From positions 66,709-130,708 of the forward strand of contig CAVTUR010000010.1 of NCBI GenBank assembly GCA_963737945.1: a stretch of 64,000 nucleotides of DNA, read 5' to 3'. The stretch is from Blastocatellia bacterium. Its GTDB lineage: Bacteria > Acidobacteriota > Blastocatellia > UBA7656. Below the pieces are notes generated by a model. That model saw only the letters and a list, made by a program, of their open reading frames with translations, did not search any database and was not told the DNA's origin. Each line of letters opens with the position of its first letter. The stretch's first letter is position 1. Made by a program: the position numbers and the translations under genes. Positions 1 to 8,430 of this stretch are shown here, one piece after another.

Positions 1-528
1 CCCCTGGTCGTCAAAGCCGCGCGACGGGCGACCAACCTGCCGCTCGATTGTCACTTGATGATCACCGATCCCGATCTTTACATCGATGATTTCGCGCGCG
101 CGGGAGCGTCGATGATCTCGGTCCACGTGGAAGCGGTAACCCATCTTCATCGAACGCTGACCGCGATCCGCGATCTGGGTTGCCGCCCGGGGGTGGTGCT
201 CAATCCGGCAACTCCGCTTGGGTCAATCGAAGAGGCACTGCCCTTCGTCGACTACGTGCTGCTTATGTCGGTAAATCCGGGATTTGGGGGTCAGTCGTTC
301 ATTGCCACCACGCTTGACAAGATAAGTCGGCTGCGGAGTATGATTGACTCTCGCGGCTTGAGCATACATATAGAAGTCGACGGCGGAATAGGGTTGAACA
401 ATGTTTCTTCGGTCATCCGCCGCGGCGCCGAATGGATAGTTGCGGGTTCTGCGGTCTTCGGCAAGGGTGATCCGGAGTCAGCAACCCGCGAGCTCCGCCA
501 AAAGGCGTTAGAGCCGCTAACAGTTTGA
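1..528 (+). CDS. rpe: ribulose-phosphate 3-epimerase, C-terminal part (5' end lies outside the window)
   Basis: Frame 1 is open from base 1. The translation ...LDCHLMITDP...SVHVEA...VNPGFGGQSF matches Rpe signature motifs. The stop is at 526-528. Confidence 0.85.
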   Translation, partial: PLVVKAARRATNLPLDCHLMITDPDLYIDDFARAGASMISVHVEAVTHLHRTLTAIRDLGCRPGVVLNPATPLGSIEEALPFVDYVLLMSVNPGFGGQSFIATTLDKISRLRSMIDSRGLSIHIEVDGGIGLNNVSSVIRRGAEWIVAGSAVFGKGDPESATRELRQKALEPLTV

Positions 529-623
529 AACCCGTGCTCACTGCATTAGAATACGAGACCAGCCCAACAAGCTAATCAAAGGAGAATGGCCGTTTTCCGT
601 TGGGGAGCGGTCGCCCATGTAGC

Positions 624-1949
624 ATGAATGTAGTTAAGACTTTTGTCGTAGTTCTGGCGCTTGCGCTCCCATTTGCCGCGTGCGGTGGCAAGGCGAAAAC
701 AAAGCTGACGCTGGAGGAGGCTAAGGGACCTGGTCGCGATCGCGAACTCTTCCGCCAGGGTGTGGATGCCATTCGCAAGGGCAACTTTGATGAGGGCCGC
801 ATCCTCTTAAACACGGACATAAACACTTACTCCGAGAGCCCTTTGGTAAAAATGGCGAAGCTCGCTATCGCCGACTCGTACTATCTGCAGGGCGGCTCGA
901 AAGGGCTCGCCCAGGCTGAGGTCGAATATCGAGACTGGATTCAGTTTTTCCCCGACGATCAACTGGCGGACGAGACAATGCTAAAGATAGCCGAGGTTCA
1001 TCTGAGGCAGGTGATGGCCGCCGACCGGGACACGACGCACGCGAAACTCGCTGAGCGCCAACTGAAGGAGTTGCTTCGCCGATATCCCAATACTGACTCC
1101 AAGGAACAGGTGGAGCAGCTGATGAACCAGGTGCAGGAAATACTGGCGATGCACGAGCTCAAGGTCGCGCGCTTCTACTTCGATATTCGCGAGTCGGCTC
1201 AGGCAGCGCAAATGCGTACCGAAGAGATTCTCAGTAAGTATCCCAACTTCTCCAGATTCGACGAAGCGCTCTTCCTGCATGCAAGGGCGATGGAGTTGCA
1301 GGAAGACACCGAAACCGCCAGCCGGAATCTGGCCCAACTAGTCGCAAACTATCCTCATTCGGAATTCGCCGAACGGGCCAAGGAGACTCTAACGAAGTGG
1401 GGCAAGCCGGTACCTGATTCTGATCCGGCAAAGGTCGCCGAGGCGCCCGCCGACGGCAAGGGGCTTCCATCGCGCCTCGTCGGATTCGTTCTGGGGCCGC
1501 ACATCGAGACGTCGAATAAAGGTGTAATCATCGATCGCGATCTTAAGACTGACGAGATCGTCGACCGCGCTCAGGAGGCTGGCGGTATCAAGGCGGTCGG
1601 TCCGGTGACCCCGGGCGCGACGACAACCAGCAACGCGCCTGACGCTCGTCCGCGCCGAGCCGCCACGCAAGCGGGACAGGATGTCGAGGTCAAACCGGGC
1701 GCACCCGCCGATGGGAAAACTCAGACCCCTGCGAGCAAGATAAGAAAAGCAAGGACAAAGATAAGAAGAAACCCGACAGCAGCTCAAAGGTGTTGCGCAA
1801 TCCGTAGCAATCAGGTGTTGGGCGCGCGGGCGCTACAAGATGGCGCCCGGCATCCGGGCCTACCACCAGATGGAGCGAAACGGCCAAGAGCATCAATCGC
1901 CGGTCAAAACACCTTCCCCTGCATTATCGATAATGATCGTCGCCGGTGA
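624..1949 (+). CDS. bamD: outer membrane protein assembly factor BamD-like TPR lipoprotein with a long K/R/P/A-rich C-terminal extension
   Basis: Lipoprotein signal peptide (LALALPFAAC). The TPR region resembles BamD/YfiO (DSYYLQG...EVEYRDWIQFFP). The low-complexity tail runs to the stop at 1947-1949, overlapping the lpxB start. Confidence 0.6.
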   Translation: MNVVKTFVVVLALALPFAACGGKAKTKLTLEEAKGPGRDRELFRQGVDAIRKGNFDEGRILLNTDINTYSESPLVKMAKLAIADSYYLQGGSKGLAQAEVEYRDWIQFFPDDQLADETMLKIAEVHLRQVMAADRDTTHAKLAERQLKELLRRYPNTDSKEQVEQLMNQVQEILAMHELKVARFYFDIRESAQAAQMRTEEILSKYPNFSRFDEALFLHARAMELQEDTETASRNLAQLVANYPHSEFAERAKETLTKWGKPVPDSDPAKVAEAPADGKGLPSRLVGFVLGPHIETSNKGVIIDRDLKTDEIVDRAQEAGGIKAVGPVTPGATTTSNAPDARPRRAATQAGQDVEVKPGAPADGKTQTPASKIRKARTKIRRNPTAAQRCCAIRSNQVLGARALQDGARHPGLPPDGAKRPRASIAGQNTFPCIIDNDRRR

Positions 1950-3165
1950 GGCAAGCGGTGATAAGCACGGTGCCTTACTCGCTCGAGCGCTCACCCAAGT
2001 CAATCCGGAAATCAGGCTCGAACTGTTTGGCTCAGGCGGCGAGGAGATGCGTGCCGCTGGAGTAGAGACCCTCGTCGACGCGCGCGACGTCGGGATTATG
2101 GGGGTGGCTGAAGTAGCCCGCGCGATCGGCAGTCTATATCGTGCCTATCGAACTCTCCTCAGCGCCGCGCGAGCGCGGCGTCCTTCGGCGGTTGTGCTGA
2201 TTGACTGGCCCGACTTCAACATGAGGCTGGCAAGAAAACTTCATCGCGAAGGCTTCAAAGTTATCTACTACATAAGCCCGCAGGTGTGGGCCTGGCGCAG
2301 ATATCGGATTCGCGCTCTGCGGCGCGATGTCGATCGCATGCTGGTCATCCTTCCGTTTGAAGAGGAGTTCTACAAACGCGCAGGGCTCAAAGTGCGCTAC
2401 GTCGGTCACCCCTTGTCGGGGGCTGTTCACACGACGGCTTCGCGCGAAGAGTTTTGCGACCGTCATGGGCTGGACCCGGCGCGGCCGATCTTCGCCCTCC
2501 TGCCCGGAAGCAGGCATAAGGAAATCCTCTATCACTTACCGGTGATGCTGAACGCCGCGGTTCGATTGCGGGTTGCGGATTGCTCTCTGCGAATTGACAG
2601 CCAAAGCGCCGACTCTCAAATATCAAATCGGCAGTCGGCAATCGGCAATCGGCAATTCCTGGTCCCTCTCGCCTCGACCGTCCGCAGGGGGGATGTCGAG
2701 GGCGCGGTCCACGAAGCACAACTTGCAGCTCGCGATCGCGGCGAACCCGAGGAGCTATCCGTGACCGTCATCGAGGGAGACACCTACAATGCGCTGGGCC
2801 ACTCAGAATTTGCAGTCGTCGCAAGCGGAACGGCTACCGTGGAAGCCGCGCTCGCAGGCACTCCGATGGTCATCATCTACCGTGGCTCGGAGTTGAACTG
2901 GCGTTTGATCCGCCCGCTTATTCATCTTGACACCTTTGGGATGGTGAATCTGATTGCCGGCCGCCGCATCGTTCCCGAACTGATGCAACGCGACGCGACG
3001 GGAGAGAAGATCGCGTTCGAGGCAGCCGCCGTACTCTCCGATCCGGCCCGTCTCGCTCTTATGCGGCGTGACCTTGAACGCGTTAGTGAGCTGCTCGCCG
3101 CGGATGGAGGCTCAGCCGCGGAGCGCGCCGCGCAAGCGGTGATCGAGGTGATTCGGGAGTCCTGA
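1933..3165 (+). CDS. lpxB: lipid-A-disaccharide synthase (GT19)
   Basis: N-terminus MIVAGEASGDKHGALLARAL and overall GT19 architecture. It carries an in-frame insert that includes the heptamer repeat CAATCGG at 2625-2657. Confidence 0.8.
   Translation: MIVAGEASGDKHGALLARALTQVNPEIRLELFGSGGEEMRAAGVETLVDARDVGIMGVAEVARAIGSLYRAYRTLLSAARARRPSAVVLIDWPDFNMRLARKLHREGFKVIYYISPQVWAWRRYRIRALRRDVDRMLVILPFEEEFYKRAGLKVRYVGHPLSGAVHTTASREEFCDRHGLDPARPIFALLPGSRHKEILYHLPVMLNAAVRLRVADCSLRIDSQSADSQISNRQSAIGNRQFLVPLASTVRRGDVEGAVHEAQLAARDRGEPEELSVTVIEGDTYNALGHSEFAVVASGTATVEAALAGTPMVIIYRGSELNWRLIRPLIHLDTFGMVNLIAGRRIVPELMQRDATGEKIAFEAAAVLSDPARLALMRRDLERVSELLAADGGSAAERAAQAVIEVIRES
2625..2657. repeat. heptanucleotide tandem repeat (CAATCGG, about 4.7 copies) inside the lpxB coding sequence
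   Basis: The sequence aaatcggcagtcggcaatcggcaatcggcaatt is read directly. It encodes ...QISNRQSAIGNRQ... Confidence 0.8.
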
Positions 3166-3233
3166 GGCGAGCGGGCGCCAGCTTCCGAACTTGGCAATCG
3201 TCTCGCCCAAGCTATAATCAACTCCGGAAGGCG

Positions 3234-5582
3234 GTGGGGACACGACCGAAAAGCCGCCCGCGGACGTTCATAGTGACCAAAGAACCGCACAGCTCAGATG
3301 CCTCCCGCCTGACCGAACGCGGCCGGCGACGCCTCACCAAGGTAATCATTCTCTCGATAGTTCTGCTGCTGCTGATGCTCTCGCTCATCGCCCAGGGCGG
3401 CTTCAACCTCACCCCGTTTGTCACCCCGGACACTGCAGCCGCGACTCTGCTCTTGTACGCGCTCTCGACCCTCAACTTCCTCGCGTTCGTAACGTTGTTG
3501 TTCGTGTTGTTGAGAAATGTTCTCAAGCTCGTCCGCGAGCGGAGAGCGGCGAGGCTCGGGTCGAAATTCAAGTCGCGGCTGGTGAGCTACGCCATAGGTC
3601 TATCGCTGCTGCCGGTATTGCTGCTGTTCTTCTTTGCTTTCGGGCTCCTGAACCGCAGCATCGACCGCTGGTTCGGCGAACCCGCGCGGCAGATCGTTGA
3701 CGACGCGCGGGCAATCGAAGAGAGCTACTTCAAGAAAGAAGAAGCGGACCTTTTGGGCAGCGCCCGCGCCCTTTCCCGAAGCATTCCGTCCGATCAGCCG
3801 GGTGACTACGACAGTCCCGGATTCAAGTCCAGGATCGAGCAGGGAATGACAGATCACAATCTGGCCCTGGTGCGGATAGTGCTCCCGGCCGGGCGAAAAA
3901 CAATTGAGCGAGGCGAAAAGCAGATCGAACCCGATATCGAAGCAACTCTGAGCGCGGCCGAACAGGAAGTTGGCGCCGGCGCGGAGTCCTTTAGCGGGAG
4001 CGATGAAGGTGACAGCCCAAACGCCATATTCGTTATCGCCGCGGTCCGTCTTTCAGGCGGCGAGGGAGGTCCGCGTTTGCTCATTGTGGCGCGCGAATTC
4101 CCGCCCGAACTCACCGAACGCGCCGCAACCATAAGTGCGCAGCACGAAAATTTTCACAGCATGCTTGGTAAGATCAAACGCATAAAAGCAATCTATATCT
4201 TGCTGCTGGCTGCAGTCACGTTGTTGCTTATCTTCTCCGCAAGCTGGCTCGCGCTGTACGTCGCGCGAGGCATCACCGTACCCATCCAGGCGCTGGCGGA
4301 GGCGACGGATCGAGTGGCGCGAGGCGACTTCGCTCAGCCGGTCGAGGTCGTTGCCGAGGATGAGCTTGCCGTTCTGGTGAAGTCGTTCAATCAGATGGCT
4401 GCGATGCTAGCCGAAAATCGGGAGCGCCTCGAACACGCGGCCGATGATCTCAGCCGGATCAACCTCGCTTTGGACAACCGGCGCCGGTACATCGAGACCG
4501 TGTTGGAATCCTTGTCAACCGGAGTGATCTCGACGGACGAAAACGCCGGCATCGCCACGATCAATCGCTCGGCGCTGTGGATGCTCGGTCTCAAAGACAA
4601 GCCTGAAGACGGGACTCCGATCGCTCGGGTGGCCGATGAACGCCAGGGCGAAGAACTAGCTGCTCTCTGCCGGCGAGCCCGCCGGAGCGATATCGCACAA
4701 GGTGAAATAGAATTCAGACGCGCTGACGGAAGCTCCTTGTCGACCGCCACAACTGCAATTGCGCTTCGAACTACCGAGGGCACGATCGAGGGTCTGGTGA
4801 TCGTGATCGAAGATCTCACCGACCTGATCCAGGGAGAACGAGCCGCTGCCTGGGGCGAGGTCGCTCGGCGGATGGCCCACGAGATCAAGAACCCGCTTAC
4901 TCCCATTCAACTTTCGGCTGAGCGGATCATGCGAAACTACGAGCGGGGCATCGACGGCAAAACGGACCCGCGCTTTGATGAAGTTGTCCGCGAGGGCACC
5001 GCGACGATCGTGCGTGAGGTGGCTGCGCTCCAGCGAATGGTTGAGGAGTTTTCGCGATTCGCCCGGCTGCCGGAAGCACGGCCCATCGAAGCCTCATTGA
5101 ATGACGTCGTGCGCGATGCAGTAAGCCTCTATGCCGATCGGCTTGACGGCATACGCATGGACTGTCGCCTGGCAGATGACCTGCCAACGCTGTGGTTGGA
5201 CACTGAACAGATCAAGCGAGTGCTGGTGAACCTGATCGACAACGCCGTGGAATCGCTGAGCCCGGATGGCGGAGACGGCGGCAACGGGTCGAGCGGCCAC
5301 CACAAAGACTCTGGCGCGAGGTCAATTACCCTGGAATCATCTTATCTGAGGGCGAATGACTCGGTGCGGCTCATTGTGGCCGACACCGGTCACGGGATCA
5401 GCCGCCGCGATCGCGACAAACTATTTCTGCCAAAGTTTTCAACCCGGACTCGAGGCACCGGGCTCGGGCTTGCAATCGTTAGCCACATCATCGCCGATCA
5501 CAAAGGCCGGGTGTGGGTCGAAGACAATCAGCCGCGAGGCGCGCGATTCATGATCGAGCTGCCTGCCAACCGCGGGGAGTGA
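3234..5582 (+). CDS. NtrY-like sensor histidine kinase (TM, HAMP, PAS, HisKA, HATPase_c)
   Basis: Hydrophobic N-terminal segments, a HAMP-like region, an H-box AHEIKNPLTPIQLSAERI and C-terminal ATPase motifs (DTGHGI, GTGLGLAIV). No response regulator is adjacent. Confidence 0.8.
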   Translation: MGTRPKSRPRTFIVTKEPHSSDASRLTERGRRRLTKVIILSIVLLLLMLSLIAQGGFNLTPFVTPDTAAATLLLYALSTLNFLAFVTLLFVLLRNVLKLVRERRAARLGSKFKSRLVSYAIGLSLLPVLLLFFFAFGLLNRSIDRWFGEPARQIVDDARAIEESYFKKEEADLLGSARALSRSIPSDQPGDYDSPGFKSRIEQGMTDHNLALVRIVLPAGRKTIERGEKQIEPDIEATLSAAEQEVGAGAESFSGSDEGDSPNAIFVIAAVRLSGGEGGPRLLIVAREFPPELTERAATISAQHENFHSMLGKIKRIKAIYILLLAAVTLLLIFSASWLALYVARGITVPIQALAEATDRVARGDFAQPVEVVAEDELAVLVKSFNQMAAMLAENRERLEHAADDLSRINLALDNRRRYIETVLESLSTGVISTDENAGIATINRSALWMLGLKDKPEDGTPIARVADERQGEELAALCRRARRSDIAQGEIEFRRADGSSLSTATTAIALRTTEGTIEGLVIVIEDLTDLIQGERAAAWGEVARRMAHEIKNPLTPIQLSAERIMRNYERGIDGKTDPRFDEVVREGTATIVREVAALQRMVEEFSRFARLPEARPIEASLNDVVRDAVSLYADRLDGIRMDCRLADDLPTLWLDTEQIKRVLVNLIDNAVESLSPDGGDGGNGSSGHHKDSGARSITLESSYLRANDSVRLIVADTGHGISRRDRDKLFLPKFSTRTRGTGLGLAIVSHIIADHKGRVWVEDNQPRGARFMIELPANRGE

Positions 5583-5722
5583 GGGGAAGAGTTTGGGCCA
5601 GGTGGATCCGACCGGCGATCCTGGAACGGATTGGCGCCAGCCGCTGGATGTGGAGTCGCTCGACCCCGGGGTTCCAAGGCACGTTGAGGGGAACCGAAGG
5701 CGCGGGCGGACCGTGCACCAAG

Positions 5723-5876
5723 CGGGGGCAAGCCACCCTTCCCGACTCTGAAACTGGTCCGAAAGCAGCTTGCGCCCGCACGAGGCTTCGGACCAGTTTC
5801 AAAGTTGGGAAGGGTGGCTTGCCCCCGCACGAGGTTTCGGACCAGTTTCAGAGTCGGGAAGGGTGGCTTGCCCCCG
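5723..5876. repeat. one forward and two reverse copies of a 40-bp element (gggggcaagccacccttcccgactctgaaactggtccgaa); the outer copies are perfect inverted repeats
   Basis: Read directly. The copies are at 5723-5762 (forward), 5788-5827 (reverse variant) and 5837-5876 (exact reverse complement). They sit between the convergent ends of the histidine kinase gene and the CxxCH protein gene. Confidence 0.8.
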
Positions 5877-5915
5877 CCCACCGCCGCAAGTTGCAGTCAC
5901 AAAAACCGGGGGTTG

Positions 5916-7064
5916 TTACTCGAGCGGCTTATGAAAGCTGAAGGGTGCGGAGGCGGTCCCGTCAGGGTTACGCACCACGATCATCGCGGTCGTTCCGGCT
6001 TCTATCTTCTTCGACCCCTTTTTGCATCGCAGAAAGTGCTCGGGATCATCGTCGTCGTTTAGCGTTCCCACGTCAATACCATTAATCTCGACGAACGAAC
6101 CAACCTGGAAGTTATTCCCAAAAACAAAAAGCTTCTTTACTTTGGCAGTAACATCGGTTATCTCCGGCACAGCCGTGGTCCCGTCGCCGAGTATCGTAAA
6201 TACACCGCTAAGCACCTCCACCGCGTCGCCGGATTTCTTGCCGACCTGGATACGCATCACTGCGTGTGTGGAAGGTTTATTGGGAACGATCCAGTCAACG
6301 CTTGTTGTCGAAGCGTCGGTCGTCGAGAGAATCAAGTTGGTTATTGGGAACGTAGCTCCGTCATCGGTTGAATAACGCGCTTCGATGTTGTCTACATTAG
6401 ACAGACCGGTGATGCTCCAATCGATGGTCTGGTGAGATCCGGCGGCCAGCACAAAACCTTCAAGATCGGTTTCCAGAGCTACTGTCACCAGGCTGGTCGG
6501 AGAATCCGAGGATGCGCTGCTCGTGTAGATATAGTCGTTCTGATTAGTTCCATTGCCGTCAGCCGCGTTGCCGGCGAACCAAAAGCGAACTGGGCCGATG
6601 TCAGTTGAAGGAGCAGTCCACCTTACTTGCCATGATCGACTGGCCGCGCCGTTGGGAAAAGTCCCCACCTCGGTATGCTCGATGTACTCCCTACCGCCTG
6701 CACCGGTTTCCTCGTTGACCCGTGTGTCGGTGCCAACGGGTGCCAGAGTACCGGCCTTGCCCCCGTTCTTATCAAGGGCCGTAAGCTGGAAGCCGTAGCG
6801 CTGACGGTTATTCTGTTGAACAATCACTGCCAGGGTGTACTGTTGCCCCGGGTTGTAAACCGTTGGGATGCCAGTCATGCGCACGCTACCGGGTCCGACG
6901 TTTGGATCGTGATAGGTGTCGTGACACGCGGTGCAGTTCCCCAGATCGCCCGGGGCATTGGTGTATCCTGCATCGGGACCGGTGATCTTAGCGTATGCGA
7001 CCGCAGTCACAAACAAGATCAGCACAAAAGCCTGCAGCTTTTCCTTACTGTATACCTTGAACAT
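5916..7064 (-). CDS. secreted protein with a single CxxCH heme-binding motif and a C-terminal IPT/TIG-like Ig domain
   Basis: Signal peptide, then GNCTACHDTYHDP, then beta-rich domains. It lies last in the operon DUF1800-DUF1501-this gene, with 10- and 21-nt gaps. Confidence 0.55.
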   Translation of the reverse strand: MFKVYSKEKLQAFVLILFVTAVAYAKITGPDAGYTNAPGDLGNCTACHDTYHDPNVGPGSVRMTGIPTVYNPGQQYTLAVIVQQNNRQRYGFQLTALDKNGGKAGTLAPVGTDTRVNEETGAGGREYIEHTEVGTFPNGAASRSWQVRWTAPSTDIGPVRFWFAGNAADGNGTNQNDYIYTSSASSDSPTSLVTVALETDLEGFVLAAGSHQTIDWSITGLSNVDNIEARYSTDDGATFPITNLILSTTDASTTSVDWIVPNKPSTHAVMRIQVGKKSGDAVEVLSGVFTILGDGTTAVPEITDVTAKVKKLFVFGNNFQVGSFVEINGIDVGTLNDDDDPEHFLRCKKGSKKIEAGTTAMIVVRNPDGTASAPFSFHKPLE

Positions 7065-7085
7065 CGCCTCGCTCGCTTCTTCCCA

Positions 7086-8420
7086 CTATCCGAGGAACCC
7101 CAGGTTGTCGTATTTCGCACCGAGTATCGACTGCGAATCGCCACCCAGCCATTTATCAAGAATCGTCGAATAGACCGAGCGGAAGTCAACCTTGAACTTC
7201 ATGTTGCCCGCGCTGTCCAGATCATTCAGCGAGGGTTGCTCGCCGTAGATCCCCCCGTGCACCGGATTGCCAACCACTATGATCGGCTGAACTGTGCCGT
7301 GATCGGTTCCGATTGAAGCATTCTCGTTGGGGCGCCTCCCGAACTCGGTCCAGGCCATCATCACCACATTGTCGGCGACCCCGTGCGCAGCCAGATCGTC
7401 ATAGAATGTCTTCACCCCAAGCGAGAGTGCCTTCAACAGCGTCGCATGCGCACCCTTTGTTTTGTCACGGAAGTTGTCGGCAGCGGTGCCAATCTCCTGA
7501 GAGTGATGGTCAAAGCCACCCAACTGCACGTAGAGAAGGTTGGCGTCCGGAATTGTGGTGATGATCTGCGCAACCATCTTCAGAGCTGATGCGAAGCTCA
7601 CAGCGGTCGAAGAAGGCTGGTTGTTAGTTGGATAGGTCGCGCCCGGTGTGTAAGCCTGGACTGCAGTCCTGAGCTGCGCGGCGCCCTCTTCCGCGCCGAA
7701 CCCGGCCTCGGCCAGGGCAGCACCAAAACTGCCTGCCGGGAAGCTTCGCGTGCTGTTTGCCTTGAAGGTGTTTAGCTGGTTGTTCTTGTCCCCGCCGAAC
7801 CGCGGGTCAGTTTGGAACGCATAGTTCACAAAGGGGTCGGCGCCGCCCGCTGGAGCGATGCTCGGGATCACAACTTTGTCGGCGTAGAAGGCCTTGGGCA
7901 ACCCACCGCCTCCTATTGACACCGCCGACAGCCCGGACTTGCCGAGCAGCTCCTGATCCGCATACCGGCCCAGCCAGCCGTTGCCGGCGCCGGTCGTGTT
8001 AGCCGTTGACCAGATGTCGGTCGCGAAGAAGTGCGACAGGTTCGGGTTTTGATAACCGACGCCGAGCACCACCCCTACCTTGCCGGCGTCATAGAGCGAT
8101 TTCAATTCGCCCATCGCCGGATTGAGTCCAAACGAGCTGCCGCCGAGAATCGTAGAGGCTCCGGTCTCGTCTTTGAGCTCCGTGTCTCTAAAGCCGATAG
8201 TAGGGCGCAGGGATTGATAGCGTGAATCGGTGTAGGGTACTACGGTGTTCAAGCCGTCGCAGCCGCCGCCAAGTTGGATCACGACGAAGATCTTGCGATT
8301 CGGATTCGGGTCGACTACCTGGCCTTGCGCCAGGCCCCCCATCCACAATTTGGGCACTATCAGACTGACACTTACCGCGCCCGCGCTTCGCTTTATGAAC
8401 TGTCTTCTGTTGATCGCCAT
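7086..8420 (-). CDS. DUF1501 family protein (sulfatase/alkaline-phosphatase-like) with a Tat signal
   Basis: Twin-arginine motif NRRQFIKRSAG. Strong similarity to the paralog at 10684-11979. DUF1501 hallmark blocks (VVPYTD..RY..LRP, MAWTEFGRRP..N...GTDHG). Confidence 0.8.
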   Translation of the reverse strand: MAINRRQFIKRSAGAVSVSLIVPKLWMGGLAQGQVVDPNPNRKIFVVIQLGGGCDGLNTVVPYTDSRYQSLRPTIGFRDTELKDETGASTILGGSSFGLNPAMGELKSLYDAGKVGVVLGVGYQNPNLSHFFATDIWSTANTTGAGNGWLGRYADQELLGKSGLSAVSIGGGGLPKAFYADKVVIPSIAPAGGADPFVNYAFQTDPRFGGDKNNQLNTFKANSTRSFPAGSFGAALAEAGFGAEEGAAQLRTAVQAYTPGATYPTNNQPSSTAVSFASALKMVAQIITTIPDANLLYVQLGGFDHHSQEIGTAADNFRDKTKGAHATLLKALSLGVKTFYDDLAAHGVADNVVMMAWTEFGRRPNENASIGTDHGTVQPIIVVGNPVHGGIYGEQPSLNDLDSAGNMKFKVDFRSVYSTILDKWLGGDSQSILGAKYDNLGFLG

Positions 8421-8430
8421 AACTCTCCTC

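Noticed and set aside
981-1896. Minus-strand ORFs inside bamD (981-1337, 1231-1470, 1389-1787, 1690-1896)
   Set aside because: They lie antisense to a well-supported gene in GC-rich DNA. They have no homology signal and no RBS.
2573-2764. Small plus-strand ORF inside lpxB encoding ...SAIGNSW...
   Set aside because: It is an alternative frame of the lpxB heptamer insert and not an independent gene.
5513-6062. Three overlapping ORFs (5513-5941 +, 5528-5881 -, 5805-6062 +)
   Set aside because: They are translations of the 40-bp inverted-repeat element, so both strands stay open. They have low-complexity composition and no RBS. Artefacts.
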